A stretch of DNA of 64,000 nt from a candidate division FCPU426 bacterium (GCA_963796105.1 CAWCKJ010000004.1:32001-96000); one strand, 5' to 3'. Positions 48,108-59,546 are shown, counted from the first letter of the stretch. The notes: generated by a model from the letters alone, not told the origin. Numbers and translations: made by a program.

Positions 48108-49502
48108 TTATTTCAGTAATTGGATGTCATCCAGATAGAATTCCGATACACCCTTAAAGCTGTTGGAGTTGAAGACGATCCTGTTGAAGCCGTCCATTTT
48201 CCCAAAAGAGGAAAGGGGTATCATCACCCTGCACCATTGTTTTTCCCTTAAGACATCGGAGGGCGCGCTAGTCACGGGCCTCTCCTCTCCCACTTGCTTG
48301 CCTTTCTCCTCCAGCCTCACTCGGAACTCCACGTCGCAGCTGGTCGGATAAACCCAGAAGGAAAGGCTCTTATAATCCCCAACTTGGATTTCAGGCCCCT
48401 CCAACTGGGCGCCTCCCCATGCACCGTCGGGCAACCGCACCAGCAGGCTTTTCGAACCAGCCGGAGAATGGTTAATCCCGTTATAAGCGAAATCATAATG
48501 CCCCTGGTCCCAATGGCTCTCGGTCCATCTCGGCTGTTCACCGTCGTAAACCATGAGCGAGCCGGGGGAAGGCGTTTCCACCGCGAGCGAAACGGGAAAC
48601 GCACTCGGGGTGGGTACCTGGGTGAACTTGGGGCCGATATATTCTTTCGCCGCCACGAACTCGTCAAAACGGGCGTATTCATTCTTGGGCGGGGCCCAGC
48701 TATCGTCATTGCCCCCGAAGAAGGTGGAGAAATAGATCTTGTCGATTTTGAGGTTCGGGGTATCCCTGAACCGCAAATCCTTCGCTTCCAGGGCCAGGTC
48801 CCCGTCCAGCCAACTGGCAACGAGCCCGTCTTTCTTTCCTGGGGTGTTCAACCGAACGTAGGTTTCCACGCAATACCACTGGCCCGGGATAAAATATCGC
48901 GGACAGCCCCCGTAATCCCAGGGAAAATCGTCCCCGTATTCGGTGGCCTGGTCCGGGTAATAAACGTACTGGACGATCTTCCCGCCCGGGCGCCACATGA
49001 TCCTGGCGCTCCATCCGTCGGTTCCGTTGGGTTTGTGCCCTCCCGTGTTGGCGGCCCCTCCCGCCAAGCCCGGGAGCTTGCCCCCCTTCACGAAATCGAA
49101 ACCTGGGTCGAAACGCACGTAATAACGGAGGTGAAACTCCTCCTGGGGCTCGATGGGAAAGCGGGAAAAATCCACGAGGTATTGAAGGCCTCCCTTGGGC
49201 CCCACCATGTTTTTCAAGTAATGCACCTGGAGGCACCGTCCGGCCAGGCAGTCCGCGTCGAAAACCAGTTTCCCATTCTCACCTGGTTCCGGCCCCCAGG
49301 CGATCCCCCAAACCGAGGTCCAGGGGTCCGTCTCGAACCCGCTGTAAAATAGGATGTCTCCCCGGCTTTTCAGCTTTGGGTCCAGGTTGTAAATATCCCC
49401 GAAGAAGCCCGACGCGAAGACGGGACAGACAAGGAAAATAAAAAAAGAAAGGAGAAGAAAGGCCAAATCTTTTTGGGGAGTAACCAACTGGTTTGTTTTC
49501 AC
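48108..49502 (-). CDS. Polysaccharide lyase family 14-like protein with C-terminal carbohydrate-binding domain
   Basis: FDFVKGGKLPGL, GWSARIMWR, FSTFFGG motifs. Confidence 0.82.
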   Translation of the reverse strand: MKTNQLVTPQKDLAFLLLSFFIFLVCPVFASGFFGDIYNLDPKLKSRGDILFYSGFETDPWTSVWGIAWGPEPGENGKLVFDADCLAGRCLQVHYLKNMVGPKGGLQYLVDFSRFPIEPQEEFHLRYYVRFDPGFDFVKGGKLPGLAGGAANTGGHKPNGTDGWSARIMWRPGGKIVQYVYYPDQATEYGDDFPWDYGGCPRYFIPGQWYCVETYVRLNTPGKKDGLVASWLDGDLALEAKDLRFRDTPNLKIDKIYFSTFFGGNDDSWAPPKNEYARFDEFVAAKEYIGPKFTQVPTPSAFPVSLAVETPSPGSLMVYDGEQPRWTESHWDQGHYDFAYNGINHSPAGSKSLLVRLPDGAWGGAQLEGPEIQVGDYKSLSFWVYPTSCDVEFRVRLEEKGKQVGEERPVTSAPSDVLREKQWCRVMIPLSSFGKMDGFNRIVFNSNSFKGVSEFYLDDIQLLK

Positions 49503-49580
49503 CGGCCAATTATAGTCCTTGGGGTTTCCAAACGCCTTTGAAAAGGCCCACGGGATGAATTTAGGTTAGGAAGAAAAACA

Positions 49581-51761
49581 TTACTTTCGGCCCGTCGTCC
49601 GTCTTTTTCCCGGGGACTTCACGGGAAGGATGCGAATGCCGAATTTGAAAACAAAAATTCCCGTAGCCAAGGCGATGAGGGTCACCAGGCTCAGGAACAA
49701 GCTAAACCGGAAAGAGGTTGGTTCGTACTTGAAAACCACCCGGTGGTCCCCGCTATTGACCAGCTCCGCGGCCATAAAAAAACCATAAACCCGGAAGATG
49801 GTTTCCGGTTTTCCGTTCACCCAGGCCCGCCAGCCGGGCGCGAAGGCCTCATCAAAAACCAGGAAGCCCTTTTGGGGCGTGGCGACGGTATAGGCCGCCT
49901 CGCAGGGAGAGGACCTTGCCCCCTGGAGAATCACCCTGGGTTCCCAAAAGCTCCTCCAGAATCCCTTGATCTGGTCCCAGAGGGAGACCGTCATGTCCTC
50001 GTCGAGGGTCCGGTTCGCGGTTGCGAGCCTGACAGCCCCTCCTTCCGGGGCCTTCTGGGTGTAAATCTCGTTTTCCAGGAAAGCGCTGGGGTTCAAGAGT
50101 CCATTGAACACCTCCGGCCTGTTTTCGAACTCATGGACCAACCCCGCAGTCCAAGCATTTCCCATGGCTCCCGCGTTGCGGGTGTAGATCGACTGCCCCA
50201 ACCTCGCGGAGACGCTGTATTTAAACGCGCTCAGGGGTTTTGGTGTCATGAGAAGCCTCACCCCGGCCGCGTCCAAAATCCTTCCATCGTAGGGAAAACC
50301 CTTTTGGAAATAGCTCTGGAGGTCCTGGTAGCCGTCCAGGTAAAGGGAAAGGTAACCCCTGGCGGATCGAATCCCCCAAACCGTGTTGGTATTGGCGGTC
50401 AGCCTGGAGGCGGAATCCACCAGGGCGTCCGTAAAGTCGACCGCGTCCGCGGGAATGGGTTGGTTGACGCTTTTTAAACTCAATATCCTTCCCTCACCCG
50501 CCTCGACCTTGGCGGTTGCGGCAGCCTGGATCACCCTGGGATCCCGGTAGGGGTCCCGGGCGAGGTGGATCAACCTCGCCGGAACAAAAAGAATGTCCAC
50601 CACCCAGAATGCCCCCAACACCCAGGCCCATTTGCGGATGGGATTCTTTTTCGAGGTGTTCTGGGCTTTTTCCGCGATTTGCAGGCCGATAGAGGTGCAA
50701 GCGCAAAAGAGAAAAAGGAAAACGGCTGTCGAGGGTTCCAGCTTCGCCAGCAGTTTCGAGGGGAACAGCCATTTCCAGGGGGGGAAATGGGGTCCCGCGA
50801 TCCAAAGGAGCACAAGGAGGGCCGAGGCTTTCCAGAATCCATTGCGGTAATTCCGGATGGACCATAAGCCCCAAAGGAATATTCCAAGGGGCACCAAACC
50901 CAAATAGAGGTTGTTAAAAATGTAATTGGGCTGGTCCCCCAAATAAGAGGGAGAACCGGGAATCCCGAGGATCTGGGGTTGAAGAAGGGTCAGGTCATTC
51001 ACCCATCGAAGACTGTAAACAGGGCCTCCTCCCCCTTCCCGGTAGGCTGCGCCCAGGTAGTCGAGGAAGGGAATCCATTGGCAGGAGGTCAAGGCCAGGA
51101 CCACGGCCAAAGCGGAACCTATGGTGACGCGGCTTGAAATTTCCGGCCGTTGGGTGAAGATGATCCAGGCCATGAGCATCAGCATGGTATAAAGAATGAA
51201 ATAGGGATAACCGGCCAGGATTTGGAACGATGTGAAAAGGATGAGGAATAGGGTCCAATTCCAAGAGGCCTTTTGCAGGATCTTGTACGCCGCCAGGAAA
51301 ATCCAGGGTGTCCAGGAAAGCGAAGCCAAATGGGTTGGATATCCCCAGTAAAATACCACCAGGGCCGATCCCCCGAAAGTCATGGCGCAAAGGGTCGATG
51401 TGATTTCCCCGGCCTTTTGCGCCCTCATCCAAAGGTAAAAACCCACGGCCGCCAGGGCCCCGTGCAGAATGGCCATCACGAAAATCCAATCGGTCAAGCC
51501 CGTCAGGTTCCAGAGCCAGAAGAAGGGATAGAAAACCGCCGATTGGAAATTCGCCTCATGGGGTGTCCCGCAGGCGATATAAGGATTCCATAAGGGGATC
51601 TGGCCCTTCCGGAAGGATTCCACGTTGAACCACTTCTCCGGGAACACGTACTCCAGGGTGTCCATGAAGGCCGGCATATGGCCCCAAAAGCGGAAAATCC
51701 AGTAAAGGATCAAAACTCCATAGAGACCCCATAATAATTTTGAAATATTTTTGATATTCAA
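49581..51761 (-). CDS. YfhO-family membrane protein
   Basis: PLWNPY..CG.P..AN.Q...FYP; C-terminal PGWRAWVNG...F.Y.P. Confidence 0.82.
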   Translation of the reverse strand: MNIKNISKLLWGLYGVLILYWIFRFWGHMPAFMDTLEYVFPEKWFNVESFRKGQIPLWNPYIACGTPHEANFQSAVFYPFFWLWNLTGLTDWIFVMAILHGALAAVGFYLWMRAQKAGEITSTLCAMTFGGSALVVFYWGYPTHLASLSWTPWIFLAAYKILQKASWNWTLFLILFTSFQILAGYPYFILYTMLMLMAWIIFTQRPEISSRVTIGSALAVVLALTSCQWIPFLDYLGAAYREGGGGPVYSLRWVNDLTLLQPQILGIPGSPSYLGDQPNYIFNNLYLGLVPLGIFLWGLWSIRNYRNGFWKASALLVLLWIAGPHFPPWKWLFPSKLLAKLEPSTAVFLFLFCACTSIGLQIAEKAQNTSKKNPIRKWAWVLGAFWVVDILFVPARLIHLARDPYRDPRVIQAAATAKVEAGEGRILSLKSVNQPIPADAVDFTDALVDSASRLTANTNTVWGIRSARGYLSLYLDGYQDLQSYFQKGFPYDGRILDAAGVRLLMTPKPLSAFKYSVSARLGQSIYTRNAGAMGNAWTAGLVHEFENRPEVFNGLLNPSAFLENEIYTQKAPEGGAVRLATANRTLDEDMTVSLWDQIKGFWRSFWEPRVILQGARSSPCEAAYTVATPQKGFLVFDEAFAPGWRAWVNGKPETIFRVYGFFMAAELVNSGDHRVVFKYEPTSFRFSLFLSLVTLIALATGIFVFKFGIRILPVKSPGKRRTTGRK

Positions 51762-53965
51762 CCGGTGATCCTTTTAAAAGCCAATCCAGCCCAAATGCCG
51801 CAAGCCAATAAGGATATAAAGATACCCAACCGGAAGGTCAAGGGTTCAAAGGAAAACACCGCTTCCGATTCCCCGTCCCTCAAGACCACCCCGCGGAAAC
51901 AATGGTTGACGGTATCCACTGTCCCGGCTTTTTTCACGATATTTCCAGCGCCCGGGTCCAGGCTGACCTTCCACCCAGGATAATTTGTTTCCGAGGAAAC
52001 AAGAAAGGCCATTCCTTTCCCGGGAGCCAGGATTACCTGATGGTTGGGATTCTTGGAATGAAAAACCACCTGCCGCGGCTGGTAATCTCCTGCCCGGGTT
52101 CTATCGGCGATAAAACATTCCTTTCCATAATCTAAGAAATCATGGGCCGCAATCTTGAAATCCCCATCCAATGTCGGGCCAGCTGGCATTGCATTTTTAA
52201 CCGAGAACCATTTGGGCAATGGCGCTGGATTTTCGAAGATACCGGTTGTTTTATCCGAATCCGCCAACTTTTTCAAATCCGCGAAAGAATTCCTTCCGAA
52301 CAAATAACGGACGTTCAAGTAATCCAATACCCTCCGGGAATGCCTCAAGGAATATTGAAAAGCCTGGAAAGTCCAGTCGTGCGTATCCCTCAGTTGAAGA
52401 GTGTTATAAACGGGAGCCTCCTCCTTTCCGCAGGCCAGGGGCCAGTTGGGATACAGGTTCTGCTTGGCAGTATCGTAAGCATCTTCCCAGGTGGGTCCCT
52501 CCAACCGGATGGCTTGCTTCAAAAGTGGCGGGGTGAAAAAAAGCCTCCCCGGGTGGTTCAATCCCGCCAGAACTTTCGGGGATTGGTCGTAATAAGAGCG
52601 ATCCAAGAGGACGTTCAGGCTCCAAGCCGCGGTGATGAGGGACAGACCCAAAGCAACTGATAGTAAGCCCAGGCGGGCGGAAGGCCCTGCCGCCAGGGGA
52701 CATAAAGCCGTCAAGGCCAGGCAAACCCAGAAGGCTACGGGGAACAAGGGCGCTCCCAGGAGATAGGAAGCGGCGAAGACCGAGAGGGTCAAGCTCCACC
52801 AAATCCAGGGAAGAAGCTTCCCCGTTCGGGAGGAAAGAAAAAGTTCCAAGGACTCCATGGCCATCCAGGCGGCCCAGAGGGCCAAGAGGGATATCCAGTA
52901 ACCCGAATGGATCACCAGGGAATAGCCTGGCAGATAGCATCTCAGGTAACAGCCCCATCCCGTCAAACCCGTGCTCAAGCCCAGGATGAGAAACCCGATT
53001 CCCCAGGAAGTTTTCCGGTAGGCTCCCCTCATCGCGCCCCAGAGGATCAGAATGACGGGGGGAAGCCCCATGAAAAAAGTGGAAACCCAGTAATGGGGGC
53101 CGTGGTAGTTGTTCTCCAAAGGATGACCCTGCGCGAAGGCGTTGAGGGAGGTGGCCAGGTCCTCCAGGCCGGTCTCCTGGAAATGGCCTGCCCCGCCCTG
53201 GTAATTGCTTAGTTTGAACAACTCAGCGAACGGCAGGCCCCAGACCAGGTTATAGGCGATAGCCAGCAAGCCCGAACCCGCCGCCATGACTACAAATCCC
53301 AGGCTGATCTTGAGGCGCTCCCCCGCGGGCCAGAAAACCTTCCAAGTCCAGTGAAGGATCACGGCCAGGAGGGTCAGGTAAACCAAAACCGGATAGCCTG
53401 AGGCGGCCTGGCAGGCCCAGGCCAGGGAAAGGTAAAGGAAGGCGCCCTTCTGGCCCTTATAAAGCTTCAGCAACCCCAGGAAGACCCAGGGGACCCAGCT
53501 GATGGCCATCAGGGCGGGTGGTGTCCAAGAGGAGCAGACCAGGTGGAGGGAAAAACCAAAGACGAGGCTTCCCCAACTAGCGGTCCAAAAGGAAAATCCC
53601 TCGGTCCTCGCGAAGAGCCAAAAACCCAGCAACGCCCAAAAGTGGTGGAAAATGATGAGGACCGCAAAGGCGGCGGTGGGGTCCAGGAAAGCATAAAGCA
53701 GGGGAACAGGAGGATAGGCGTAAGCCATCTGGGGGTCCGCGAAAAAGGGCGTCCCAAATTGGGCGTCCGGGTTCCAGAGGGGAATCCAGCCTTGATGAAG
53801 GACTTCCCCGCCCCATTTCCAAAGAGGATAAAAAAACCGGGAGGCATCCACAAAAACAAATATGGAATGGCCGAAAAGAACTTTCCAATAAAAGACGCAA
53901 GTTAAAACGGCCAAACCCAGGGCCGCGTATAGATCCAGAAGATAGGGAGAAACGCGGGATTTCAC
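51758..53965 (-). CDS. YfhO-family membrane protein
   Basis: PLWNP...G.PFFADPQ; YPGWKV...F.F.P. Confidence 0.82.
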   Translation of the reverse strand: MKSRVSPYLLDLYAALGLAVLTCVFYWKVLFGHSIFVFVDASRFFYPLWKWGGEVLHQGWIPLWNPDAQFGTPFFADPQMAYAYPPVPLLYAFLDPTAAFAVLIIFHHFWALLGFWLFARTEGFSFWTASWGSLVFGFSLHLVCSSWTPPALMAISWVPWVFLGLLKLYKGQKGAFLYLSLAWACQAASGYPVLVYLTLLAVILHWTWKVFWPAGERLKISLGFVVMAAGSGLLAIAYNLVWGLPFAELFKLSNYQGGAGHFQETGLEDLATSLNAFAQGHPLENNYHGPHYWVSTFFMGLPPVILILWGAMRGAYRKTSWGIGFLILGLSTGLTGWGCYLRCYLPGYSLVIHSGYWISLLALWAAWMAMESLELFLSSRTGKLLPWIWWSLTLSVFAASYLLGAPLFPVAFWVCLALTALCPLAAGPSARLGLLSVALGLSLITAAWSLNVLLDRSYYDQSPKVLAGLNHPGRLFFTPPLLKQAIRLEGPTWEDAYDTAKQNLYPNWPLACGKEEAPVYNTLQLRDTHDWTFQAFQYSLRHSRRVLDYLNVRYLFGRNSFADLKKLADSDKTTGIFENPAPLPKWFSVKNAMPAGPTLDGDFKIAAHDFLDYGKECFIADRTRAGDYQPRQVVFHSKNPNHQVILAPGKGMAFLVSSETNYPGWKVSLDPGAGNIVKKAGTVDTVNHCFRGVVLRDGESEAVFSFEPLTFRLGIFISLLACGIWAGLAFKRITG

Positions 53966-56958
53966 TTGGCGGTTTCCTTCCCCAGGTATTCCAGGACTTG
54001 AGGCGGAAGGCTCACCATTTCCTTTTCAACCGGATCAATCCGGTCCGCGTCTTTCCATTGGCGGAAAACCTCCAGGGCTTGGGCATAGGCCGCCTTGGCT
54101 CCGGATGAATCCCCGGTAGCCTTCAATAATTCTCCCAGTCTCACCCACCCAATGGCGAGATTGGGTTCCAACTCGACTGCCTTCTTGAAATCCAAAAGAG
54201 CTCCCTGCTTGTCGCCGGTCTTCAAAAGGAATAATCCCTCCTCCTCACGGACAAAGGCGTTCAAAGGCAATGACTCCTTCACTTCCTCCCAGGCCTTCTT
54301 GACTCGTTGAAGATCCTCCGCCGTAGGAGTCGCGGATAACCCGCCGGTCAAGCGCTCCGCGTTTTTCAGCCTCCACTGCCCGTCGGCCTTTTCCAGTTCC
54401 AGGATTCTCGAGTAGGTCTCATCGGCCTTCCTTTTCCAAACCGGGTCCCGGGTTGCCATAAAGAGTTTTTCCAAATAATCAGCTTTGGAGGCGTAAACCC
54501 TTGCGTCCCAGGCGTTCAGTAGGCCCGCGGTTTCCATGCAGCGCAGGGCCTGGGGAAAATCCTTATTTTGCACCAGGGACTGGGCCCTATCCTCCATCTC
54601 TGGAACGAAAGCGGCCGAGCCGTAAAGCCCCAGGGCCAATCCCAACGCGAGCAAACCTCCCGGCAGGGATTGCCCGGCTTTTTCTTTTTCCTCAGGCGCC
54701 GCCAAGACCGCTCCCTGCAGGGCGATCAAGGGAGTGTGCAGGCAAAAATCAAACAGAGAGGCGGTTCCCAGGGCGGTGAGGGCTGATCTTTTCCCTCCCT
54801 CGCTTTTAAAAGGGCCCAGGTAGTGAATAAAGGCGAGAGCCCAAAGGAATCCCACTAACCCGAAAGCCGTAAGAAACTCAAGAAACTCATTGTGGGAAAA
54901 TTCCGCGTCCATTAAGTAGCGGTTGATCCCGGAGGACCGGGGGCTCTTGACTTGGTGGTAGTATCCCGCAAAAGCGCCGGGACCGACACCAGCCAGGGGC
55001 TCCCTGGCCCAGACCTGGACCGCGGATTTCCATATTTGAATCCGGTCCCACCTGGAGGAATTCTTTTCCAGCGAATGGAAAGCCATCACCCGGTAAACCA
55101 TAAGGAGTGAAACCAAAATCACCGCCGCACCCAACACCAAAAGCTTTTGCTCCTTCTTGACCAGCATGACTAAGCCCGCCACCAGTCCCACCATGGCGCT
55201 GAAAGCCTTCAAGCAAACCAGTGTCGCGATGGAAAACAGAAAAACCGCGGCTTTCCCCAATCCCTTTTTATCCCGGAGGAATTTCAAGCTTAGGGACTTA
55301 AGGTCCAAGGGCTTATCCATAAACAGGAACAAGAGGGGAATCAAGAAGATTCCGACTTGTTTGGGATTCGGGAAAATCCGCCAATATTTGATGTCGGAAT
55401 ATTGGAATGAAAAAAACCAGACCTTCATGGCCCAGAAAATCCCAAGAGCGAAAAACAAGTAAATGAATTTCCGGGAATCAGGCCATTTCCTCGCGAGGAG
55501 CACAAAAGCTAGGGCCAATCCCGCGGTTTCCAGGAACCTCACGGATCCCAAGGCCGATGGGGATTCGAACGCCCTTAGGATCAGGTAAAAAGCGCCAGAG
55601 AAAACCCATAGGGGCGTTTTTCCGATTCCGGCTTGGAAATAGGCGAAAGTCCCCCATAAGACGCAAGCCACCATCGCGAAATTCCAGGGCCGGTAGGGAG
55701 GCCAGAACCCGGAAACCAAAAGAACCGTTAGGACGGCCCATTGCGTCCATGGGACTGGAATCACGGGTAAAGGCAGATCTCTTTCGGGTTTCATGGTCAG
55801 CCGCCCCGCGACCAAGGCGAAGATCCAAACCAACTCCGGCATTTGGAAAGGAAGATCGAACAACCCGAAAAGGGAGAAGGCCAAAACCCCGGGAAGAACT
55901 CCCCAGGCCTCCCAGCGGAATGGCTTTTGAAACCTCAACAGCCATCCCGCAAAAGCGCCTATAAATAACAAGGTACCAAAAAGACCCGTTTCCACCAGGA
56001 GTTGGATCAGAATGTTATGGGCGTACTGGGCTCCGGTGTTCAGGTCAAGTCTCGAACTCTGGTAAACCTCCCCGAAGGTGCCGAGGCCGGTTCCAAACCA
56101 GGGATGAGCCGCGAAAAGCGGCAGGGCCGAAGACCAAAGCTTCAGCCTCATGGAAAAGGCCGCCAGGAACCAGCTATGCAAGCCTCTTTGGTGGATCTCA
56201 AAAACAACCAGGACGAAGCCGGCCAATAAGACGGGGATCAGCCAGCGCCAAAGTTTTCGGTAGGCCAAAACCACCAGCGCCGCAACAGCCAGGCAGGCCA
56301 GGGCCCCGACACTGCCGGATGCCCATAAGCCCGCCGCCAAAACAAAGGTGAGAACCGCGTAAAGAAGGCGCCTCACGCCGGATGAAATGAGGATTTTGAT
56401 AAAACCCTGGGGAATGAAGAGGATCATCAAGCCCGCCAGGGCTCCCGGCGTCACCAAGGGGCCGAAGGCCCGCTTGTTAAATGCCGCCGCTGTGGCGATT
56501 TTGAGCTCCTCCCCGGAAAGGCCCGGCAGGGTCAAGGCGAGGTTATCAAAACCATAAAGCCTTTGGTAAACAGCAAACCCCGCCACGGCAGAGGCCCCTA
56601 ATAGACCAGCCGCTTCCAATCGGGTTTGGGCTTGCGGCTTATTCATTCCCGCCATGAGATAAAGCAAGGTTCCCAAGAACACGAATCCCGCCGATTGGAG
56701 GGTCAATCCAGGAACTAAAGACCAAGAAGAGGAGACGAGGAGGTAAAGGAGGAAAAGGAGCCAGAGCCTTCCCATCCGGGCGAAAGTCCCCTCTTGAACG
56801 GGCCTGAGAATAAGAAGCGCCAATCCCCCGCCCATGGCGATCGCGAGGGATTTCGGGTCCATCAGGTACGGATGAAACAAAAGGTAAAGGCCGATCAAAA
56901 TGCAGGAAAATTCCCACAACCCCCCGGCGGACAGAGGCAATGTTAGGAGTGATTTCAT
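53962..56958 (-). CDS. O-antigen ligase family protein with two Wzy_C-like domains and TPRs
   Basis: Two R..IW...P..G.G.G.F...HN motifs; C-terminal TPR. Confidence 0.82.
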   Translation of the reverse strand: MKSLLTLPLSAGGLWEFSCILIGLYLLFHPYLMDPKSLAIAMGGGLALLILRPVQEGTFARMGRLWLLFLLYLLVSSSWSLVPGLTLQSAGFVFLGTLLYLMAGMNKPQAQTRLEAAGLLGASAVAGFAVYQRLYGFDNLALTLPGLSGEELKIATAAAFNKRAFGPLVTPGALAGLMILFIPQGFIKILISSGVRRLLYAVLTFVLAAGLWASGSVGALACLAVAALVVLAYRKLWRWLIPVLLAGFVLVVFEIHQRGLHSWFLAAFSMRLKLWSSALPLFAAHPWFGTGLGTFGEVYQSSRLDLNTGAQYAHNILIQLLVETGLFGTLLFIGAFAGWLLRFQKPFRWEAWGVLPGVLAFSLFGLFDLPFQMPELVWIFALVAGRLTMKPERDLPLPVIPVPWTQWAVLTVLLVSGFWPPYRPWNFAMVACVLWGTFAYFQAGIGKTPLWVFSGAFYLILRAFESPSALGSVRFLETAGLALAFVLLARKWPDSRKFIYLFFALGIFWAMKVWFFSFQYSDIKYWRIFPNPKQVGIFLIPLLFLFMDKPLDLKSLSLKFLRDKKGLGKAAVFLFSIATLVCLKAFSAMVGLVAGLVMLVKKEQKLLVLGAAVILVSLLMVYRVMAFHSLEKNSSRWDRIQIWKSAVQVWAREPLAGVGPGAFAGYYHQVKSPRSSGINRYLMDAEFSHNEFLEFLTAFGLVGFLWALAFIHYLGPFKSEGGKRSALTALGTASLFDFCLHTPLIALQGAVLAAPEEKEKAGQSLPGGLLALGLALGLYGSAAFVPEMEDRAQSLVQNKDFPQALRCMETAGLLNAWDARVYASKADYLEKLFMATRDPVWKRKADETYSRILELEKADGQWRLKNAERLTGGLSATPTAEDLQRVKKAWEEVKESLPLNAFVREEEGLFLLKTGDKQGALLDFKKAVELEPNLAIGWVRLGELLKATGDSSGAKAAYAQALEVFRQWKDADRIDPVEKEMVSLPPQVLEYLGKETAK

Positions 56959-57205
56959 GGGGCCATTTTAAGGTCACGGGTTGAAAAATAATTAATAGAT
57001 TAATGAAAAAGTCCCAACAACGGACTTTTTCAATTGACGACATTTAATGAAATCCCACGTTTCCCGCGTAATCTTTGGGGTCACAGGCTGCTTTGTCCCA
57101 CTTTTCCACACTTATTTATTGAAAGCGGGACTATGCCGCATTCCTTATGGAAAAAGAATTTAGAATTGCGGTATGCGGGCCATATTTCACCTAATCAACA
57201 GCCTG

Positions 57206-59491
57206 TTAATGTTTTCTTCCCGAAATAAAAGATCTTCGCAGGACATTCAAGCCAACGGAAGCGACGGAGGCTACCCATACCAGGCATAAAAAGAGGGCCA
57301 ACGCGAAACAGGTTGGCCTGTATTTAAAAATGACCTGGTGATCCCCCTGGGGCAAGAATAACCCTCGAAACAGGTAATTGGCGGTAAAAATCCTCAGGGG
57401 TTTATGGTCCGCCCAGGCCTTCCACCCTGGGAAATTAGTCTCAGAAAAAACCACGAGGCCCGGAGCGTCCAATCGAATATCGAATTCCTGGCTGTTTAAA
57501 TCCTCGAAGACCAAGTCCGCTTCCTTCAAGCGGTTGGTTCGCTCCCGGAGAATACCCTCTTCGGGGGAAGGATATTCGGATAGCAAAGACAATTCATACG
57601 GCGTGTAGTTCCTGCCTTGCATTATCTTCAAACATTTTGCGGGGTCCAGTTCGGTCTTCCACCGGACCGGGGAATAAACAAGGTGCATTTCCTCCTTTGA
57701 TTCGTAAAACTTCACTTTGTCCCATTGGAACCGCTCGAAACCGGGAATCCTCCCTTTTTCATTCCCGGTGGTGAACCCTTGAATGGCCATTAGGCGGAGG
57801 AAAGTCCGAAAGGGGGTGGTATAAAGCTGGCCCCTGGCCAATAGGCTCAAGGGGTTGTTCCCTCCCGCATTCTTTAACCCAAAGAGACAAGGGGTGTCAG
57901 CCGGCAAGTCTTCCCGGATATTCCCACATTCAGCTTCTATAGGAAAAGGGATATGGTCACCCTGGAAAAATCGGGAACTGCCTATTGCCCGGGATACTCG
58001 AGAATAAAAGGGTTCCATTTTCTTGAAATCCAGGGCGTCCTGAAAGCCCAACCGAGAGGAACGAAAATCCCAGCCTCCCAGGATAAAGCCCGCCACGACT
58101 GCAGCGGAAAATAATCCCAACCCCAGCCGGGGTCTCTTAGGTAATAGACCCACAGCCAAAAGCCCCATCCCCGCGGCTGTGGCTAAGCCTAAAAGCAGGG
58201 GTTCGTTCCAATGAAAATACCAGGCCCCGACCAAGAGTGCTGACAAGTAGGCGGTTATCCCAAGGGATTTTTTCAAATCCACGGAAGCTGTATCCGATTT
58301 TATCCAATGTTGCATGCCCATCCCCGCCAAAAGACAAACCAGGACCTGAAAAATAAAGATAAACCGGAATGGTCCCCTTAATAATCCGAACCCCAGGACA
58401 TGGGTAAAAAGCCATGGATGGAGCGGGAAATGCCCACCAAAACCGATCATGAAAAAGAAGATCGCAAAAAACGCACAGGATAGTTTGAAGGGTTTTTGGC
58501 CCGGTGAAAAAAGGGAAACAACCGCAAAAAACGGCACCCAAAGCCCGAGATAAGCCTCGGTCTGGAAAAAGGTTTGGACTGGACGTAAAACCTTGAGGAC
58601 AGGGTCTTCAGGCCGAAGTGGAAAAAGGAACCGGAACCATTCGGCAGGGGCCATGGATAACCCCGTAAAACTTTCATAATCGGGTTTTAACAGCAGGCGG
58701 TCGGAAAATCGGGCGAAATCGTAAAAAGGGATCCAGGAAAGCAGACCCGGAGTGAATCCCCAAAGAAAAAAGACTGCGGATTTAATTACCCGGCCGAGGA
58801 CATGCGAGGGTGTTGGGACTTTCCTCCAAGTCCAAAGGCGAGTGAAAAGATAGAAAAATCCCAGGTAAAAAGCGCCCAAAAAAATCTGCGGATTTCCGGC
58901 GAGCGTTAAAAGTGAGAGGGCTAAACCCGCGTTTCGAGCCCAACGGGTATCACCAGTTTGGGCAAAGGCTTCCAAACAAGCCATGAGCCAGGGCAACCAA
59001 GTGACGGCGGCGAAAACAGTCGGGTGGACTATTTCGAGCGTAAACAGCCCGCAAAAAGCGAACGCGAGGGCAGTGAAGGAGCTAGCGGCGTCGGATAAGC
59101 CCATTTTTTCCATCCAAAAATGTGTTCCTAACATGGACAGGAAAAGGTGGAAAAATAAAAAAAAGCCGAGAGTGCGGTGGATGGAAAATGCAAGTAAGGG
59201 GTAAAGAATTGGGTATTGGCAACTGGTGTTCGGGTCGGCCCAAAATGGCTGGCCCGCGTAGAGGTAAGGATTCCAAAGAGGGAGAATCCCCCGGGCGAAT
59301 GCATTTTTCAGGAATGGCCAGAAGATCGAGACACTTTGCAACAATTCGTTGTCGAAGAAAGTCTGCCCCAGGATCAGGCAACGAAAATAGGCGGCAATTC
59401 CCAGCATTAGGTAGAAGAGGATAAAAGGCCCGGGAACCGGCAGAGCGTTTTTCGCACGATCCATTTCTTGAGACGTCTTGGACGGTTTCAA
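57206..59491 (-). CDS. YfhO-family membrane protein
   Basis: PLWNPYLYAGQPFWADP; FPGWKA...FRGLFLP.G.H.V.F.Y.P; start codon uncertain. Confidence 0.8.
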   Translation of the reverse strand: MKPSKTSQEMDRAKNALPVPGPFILFYLMLGIAAYFRCLILGQTFFDNELLQSVSIFWPFLKNAFARGILPLWNPYLYAGQPFWADPNTSCQYPILYPLLAFSIHRTLGFFLFFHLFLSMLGTHFWMEKMGLSDAASSFTALAFAFCGLFTLEIVHPTVFAAVTWLPWLMACLEAFAQTGDTRWARNAGLALSLLTLAGNPQIFLGAFYLGFFYLFTRLWTWRKVPTPSHVLGRVIKSAVFFLWGFTPGLLSWIPFYDFARFSDRLLLKPDYESFTGLSMAPAEWFRFLFPLRPEDPVLKVLRPVQTFFQTEAYLGLWVPFFAVVSLFSPGQKPFKLSCAFFAIFFFMIGFGGHFPLHPWLFTHVLGFGLLRGPFRFIFIFQVLVCLLAGMGMQHWIKSDTASVDLKKSLGITAYLSALLVGAWYFHWNEPLLLGLATAAGMGLLAVGLLPKRPRLGLGLFSAAVVAGFILGGWDFRSSRLGFQDALDFKKMEPFYSRVSRAIGSSRFFQGDHIPFPIEAECGNIREDLPADTPCLFGLKNAGGNNPLSLLARGQLYTTPFRTFLRLMAIQGFTTGNEKGRIPGFERFQWDKVKFYESKEEMHLVYSPVRWKTELDPAKCLKIMQGRNYTPYELSLLSEYPSPEEGILRERTNRLKEADLVFEDLNSQEFDIRLDAPGLVVFSETNFPGWKAWADHKPLRIFTANYLFRGLFLPQGDHQVIFKYRPTCFALALFLCLVWVASVASVGLNVLRRSFISGRKH

Positions 59492-59546
59492 AGATGCTCC
59501 CCCGGGATTCCTATAGTCGAGATGCCGGAGAACCTTTTCACAATAA